NCBI RefSeq assembly: GCF_009914755.1
Contig: NC_060932.1
Reading direction: 5' to 3' (one strand)
From: the human T2T-CHM13v2.0 reference genome, Homo sapiens
DNA: 64,000 nucleotides
Positions 58,673 through 64,000 of this stretch are shown here, one piece after another. Position numbers and translations under genes: made by a program. The first letter of the stretch is position 1. Every line of letters starts with the position of its first letter. Below the pieces are notes generated by a model. That model was not told the DNA's origin and ran no database searches. It was given only the letters and a program-made list of their open reading frames with translations.

Positions 58673-59116
58673 ATTAGTAAATGGACCACAGATGGCCCAC
58701 TGTATCTATGCTATGCTGACTGGGACTAGGATTGGGCAATGGAGTTCTTTGGCCAAGGAAGTGTTGAAGCCTGTGCATCTCCTGCCTGTTAACTATTGTC
58801 TAACACACTAGAAAGAAGGAATACTTTGTCCAGACTTAAGTACCAAAGGCATTACAGTGACAATAACAATGGATCCTACAAAGGCAAATGTTATACAACA
58901 AAAGCTCTAATGGCACTAAGTGAGAAATTAGTGATGTGTTTATGAAAAAACTGAGGGGAACAGATATAATTAAAGGATCCCAAATTCTTTCAGTACCAAT
59001 ATGATGAATACACATTGACATGTATAGATAATAGGTAGGATACAGGAAGGTTAATCAAGTCAGAAGGAAAACAAAGGACTAATATTATTCCTTCCACATA
59101 GAGAAGGAACTTGGCT

Positions 59117-59283
59117 CTATTGTGGGGTGGGGGGAGGGGGGAGGGATAGCATTAGGAGGTATACCTAATGCTAAATGATGAGTTAATGGGTGCAGCACAC
59201 CAACATGGCACATGTATACATATGTAACAAACCTGCACATGTGCACATGTACCCTAAAACTTAAAGTATAATAAAAAAAAAAT
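59117..59283 (+). mobile_element. Short 5'-truncated young L1PA (PA3/4-like) 3' end
   Basis: GGGGGGAGGGGGGAGGGATAGCATTAGGAG...CCCTAAAACTTAAAGTATAATAAAAAA. Confidence 0.92.
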
Positions 59284-61229
59284 ACTATCTTGTGTTTCAT
59301 TGCTATAGATACAATAATAAAATCTAAGCCAATGGATGAGGATCTTTTGTATCTTATATAGTTGGCTAATAGTCTGGCTAAAGTACTCAAAAGAGTTTCA
59401 AGTTTGTGAGTTATAGAATTTGTAAGTGAGGAACAGATCATGAACCCAGGAGTTGAGTTTCTCATGGTGTTAAGGCTCAGCTGCCTGACATAGCATCTGG
59501 AATCCGGACCCAAGGCTCTAGATCTGGCTCTAGCTGGAAACTTCACTGGACCTTAGGGAGTCAGAGAGCTTCCGAGGCGTAATGAAGTATAATCACAGCC
59601 CCCTGGTTAGATGGCTTAGACAGATACCTCCTTCTTTCATTCCTCCTCTTTTTTATAACCCTGTGACCTTTCCAGGGATTCTTGTTTCATGAAAAGACAA
59701 AAGTATTAAAATGATCTGAAATAAAAACTTCACAGAAGACAAAAACTCTTTAAATTTTTGAGAACACTAATAAAAATAATGACTATTTCTGTTTCCAAAA
59801 AACACCGAAGTGAGAAATTACTACTCTGTTCTACCAACAAGAAAATACAATCAAAGGAAAGCTAAATTACTTTCTCCCCAAAGTAGGCCAAAATACAGGG
59901 CATTTTAATGTATGCATGAAGGAAAAAAACATTCCTACGTCTACTCTTTCCTTTTTGTTTTATTTTGTTTCAATACAGAGTCATTATGAGGAGGAGCTAG
60001 TATGATAAAGAGGTATGGAGTAGAAAGGAAGATAATAGATTCAAAATAATTTTAATTCCCTCATGTATATATACTCTGCTCTTATATTTAAAGCTTGGAT
60101 ATGATTTTGTCCCCTGTGGAAAAAAGAGAAATATATCTGATGATCCATTTATAAAGACACAATATTTGTTCTTATGTTTCAAAACAAATAAATTTTAAGT
60201 AAACTCATATATATACTACTGATTTGTGTAATATTATATTTCTAATTCTGGAAGCACTTGGAAAAATAGCATAATTCAAAGCCTCTTTTTCCCCAAAGGA
60301 ATGAGGTTACAATCAGAAGCATAACTCTAAAATGCTCATGGTTAGATGTAATAAAGCTGAAGAAAGAGTTAGAATAGAATAGGATGCTAGACTGGCAAGA
60401 AATGGGAGTGAGAAGGAAAGAGGAATTTTTATGACTTACTTCAATTCGGCTTTATCTTTTTATTGGAATGAATATTGAATTTAAGAAGGAGCAATTACCA
60501 GCAGCTCTTAGAAAAGGTATGAGTTCAATGCTTGATGATTAATAAACTTAAATTATTTCAAAGTAACTTCCAAAAGTTATTTCTTTTATCTAGAGCTTTC
60601 CATGGTATCAGGCAGGCAGATATTGGAGAGATTCTCTAGGGGACTACATCACTGTGATCAAAATCTCTCTAATTCTATAAGATTCCATCGATATAATCAG
60701 GACAAATTACAGAGTAATATCTGTATGGCCGTATTTTGCAAAATTATTATTACTGTCCCATTAGTTTCACTGTCAATTATCTTCTAAAGTAGTGGGAACA
60801 AATAAAAATCACATATAAACTTTTTTAAAAAAGACATGGTTTTTAAACTCAGACATATAGATACATTTACTAACTAATTAAAACTAAAAGCCATGTGACT
60901 CAGAGTGTTAAATATGGAATATTTTTAAAGTGTTTGCAGTATACAAGGAGCTTAAAAGAGAAACCAGAATGTTAATTAAATCCATTTTAATCAAATATGC
61001 AAAAAACAGAAATATTAATGTTTTGTTTTAAGGTAGCTATTAGAACAAGTTAGCTTCCCCAAGTTAAGGAATGTGATGATATAAATAGATAGATTAAGGC
61101 AATCTACACATAGATTTCTCAACAATACAATAGAATCTCATTAATTTGTAGCTCACTAATCAACTCACATAGATTCTACAGTATTTTATTAGAAGGCATA
61201 AAGCTATTCAAGAGAGGATTATATCATCT

Positions 61230-61900
61230 GCAGTCTCAGATTATTCCTATAATTTCAATGTCCAACAGGGTCAGAGATAACCAAGCACACAAGGAAACAA
61301 GATCTTATGAACAAGGATTTGGAGAAATAACAGAAAACAGAAATAAACCCACAGGAATTCTAGATGGTGAAATTATTGAACAGCCTGTGGAACAACTATT
61401 ATATTTGAGGAAATAAAAACCAAGCTTAAAATTATCAGCAGTGAGATAGAAACTATTAAGAAGTGAAATACATGATTTGGAGAAGATCCAAATAGAAATT
61501 ATACAACTAAAAAAATTCAATAACTAATATTAAAAACTCAGTGAAAGGGTTTAGCAGATTATACCCAGCTGAAAAGAGAGTTAATGAACCAGAAGACACG
61601 TTAGAAGAAATTAGCTGAATAAAACATGGAGAACCAAAAAGATAACAATTTGTTTAAATATAGAACATATATACAGTAAGAAGGTCTATCACATGCTTAA
61701 TTAGAAACCCAGAAGGAGAGAACAAAGAGAATGAAACAGAGGCAATATTAGGATAAACAATGGCTAAACATTTTCTAGAAATGATGAAGGATATCAATTT
61801 CTATATTTGTGAAACCTAATGAATACTGAGCAGAAAAATGTAAAAAGAAATACACACTTATAGTGAAACTGCAGTAAATTTTTTTAAATGTACAATTTTA
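61230..61900 (+). mobile_element. Old L1M ORF1-region fragment
   Basis: AGATCCAAATAGAAATTATACAACTAAAAAA; CAGCTGAAAAGAGAGTTAATGAACCAGAAGA; ATGGCTAAACATTTTCTAGAAATGATGAA. Confidence 0.65.
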
Positions 61901-62039
61901 AAGAGAATCAGTGAATAAAGGTTAGGTTTACTTTAAATGACACAAAAAAATAAAGACTCTCATCTCGCTTTTATTGGTCTGAAAAAGTCTTCATTTTGCC
62001 ATTATTTTTGAAAAATGTTTTGCTAGGTATAGAGTTTAG

Positions 62040-62896
62040 CACTGGTTCTTAAGGGGACAATGCTTTCATCAAGGGACACAATAAGATGTCACTGAAATTT
62101 CCACCTAGTCATTCTGGTCTTCTTAAGCCTCTGAACCAATAGATTTTCTTTAAAGTTTTAGTCTGTTGGCCGGAGTGATTGATCCCAATTACCAGACAAA
62201 ACTGGATTGCTACTATAAAATGGAGACAAAGAGAACTGTAGTATCCAGGGGACCCTTGGTAATGCCCTTTAGCACTTCCATACTAATATTCCACGCCCAA
62301 TAGTAAAAGTTATTTTAAAATTACAATAAAATGCAAAATGACTGAGGTCTCACACCATTCAGGAATGAATGCTTAGTAACCTTCCCCAGGTAAAGAGCCT
62401 AAAGTAACTGAGGTTCTGAATGAAAGCAAGGAAAATATTTAGGACAAGCACTTGAAGAAGGATGTCACAGATATTAACTACAACCTCATGATCCATTACA
62501 GAGATGAGGACTGTATTAGCTTGGCATATTTTCTCTTTGTTATGTGCATCATATGCTTGTTGGTATAACCTAGCCACCTTCCTTTTTCTTCCCATTTTTA
62601 TTTCATATAGAAATTATTAGAAGTTAACTTTAACTTTTACCTTTAGGTAACAAAATATTCAATGGGTCTGTGACTGAATTTGAGGAGGAATTAATGTGGT
62701 CAGCATTGGATACAATGACTACTGGGACTGTGTTTCTTCTTTTTGGGAAATAGCTACTTACAGCTTCCTGTTGTCTGTAGAGTTCTCTTCACTTCTTACT
62801 AACCAATTCCCCGTTACAATGAATAATTCTTTGTGTTAAATTTTCCTGGTCAAATTGTGGTGTGGCTTCTTCTTTTAACTGGACCCTGACTGAAAT
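62040..62896 (+). mobile_element. ERVL-class internal 3' region (dUTPase-like end of pol) plus LTR remnant
   Basis: GTTGGCCGGAGTGATTGATCCCAATTACCA (AGVIDP.Y), CCATTCAGGAATGAA, CCAGGTAAAGA; LTR-like end CTGGACCCTGACTGA. Confidence 0.6.
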
Positions 62897-63239
62897 ACTT
62901 TGCTTTTCTTTATTCTTATTTCTCTTGGTGATTTTGTTGATTTTCTTGGATCTTAAAATATTTTTTTCTGTACAACTCACTCTTTCTCCTCTAACTCTGA
63001 GACTCTTATTAAATATATGTTAGACTGCTTGACATTATACTATAAATCACAGAGATTTTGTTCACTTTTCTTACTTTTTACCTCTATGCACTTCATTTGG
63101 AATAATTTCTATTATTTTGTCTTCAAGTTCATTGCTCTTTTATTCTGTTGTGTCTGTTAATCTTATTCAGTTCATTTTCCTTTGTGGATGTTGCATTTTT
63201 CATCTCTCAATGTTGCATTTGGTTCTTTATCAGGTCTAG

Positions 63240-63762
<523 letters not shown>

Positions 63763-64000
63763 TGATTAAGTGTAAAGCTCAGTTGTTCACTTTTAATGTG
63801 TATTTGGCATTGTTATGGCACTTTTACTAGCACATCATATTGACCCATTCAAGGCTTACCGTTAAGCTTTATCAGAGTAGGTCCAAAGCCAACTTCAGTC
63901 TAGGGCTAACTTAGTCCTGTAGATAGCCCACATAGCACTAGATTTCCCCACTCGGTATAGCAAGAATGTTAACCATCCCCAGTCTTATTGTGTCCGGAAT

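Overview
Primate (very probably human) genomic DNA, AT-rich and without a CpG island; it begins with a HindIII site (AAGCTT), consistent with a clone end. I see no intact protein-coding gene, rRNA, tRNA or CRISPR array. Nearly all ORFs in the supplied track are chance frames or repeat fragments. About half the window is recognisable interspersed repeat: a full-length but inactivated L1PA (36.7-42.8 kb, minus), a complete two-LTR MaLR element of THE1D/MSTA type (10.6-12.9 kb), solo THE1, MER74 and MLT1 LTRs, about ten Alus with target-site duplications (TSDs), MER6, Tigger4, MER3, MADE1, a Tc2/Kanga transposase fossil, HAL1, old L1M, L2 and MIR. The most interesting non-repeat signals are: (i) a decayed plus-strand reading frame at about 0.1-1.4 kb that loosely resembles a very-large-inducible-GTPase (GVIN1/URGCP-type) protein; (ii) a CpG-enriched element with a CTCF-like motif and a well-formed minus-strand exon at 48.1-48.8 kb, with further candidate minus-strand exons downstream; (iii) several structural oddities in the repeats. 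Repeat subfamily calls come from remembered consensus sequences, not from a search.
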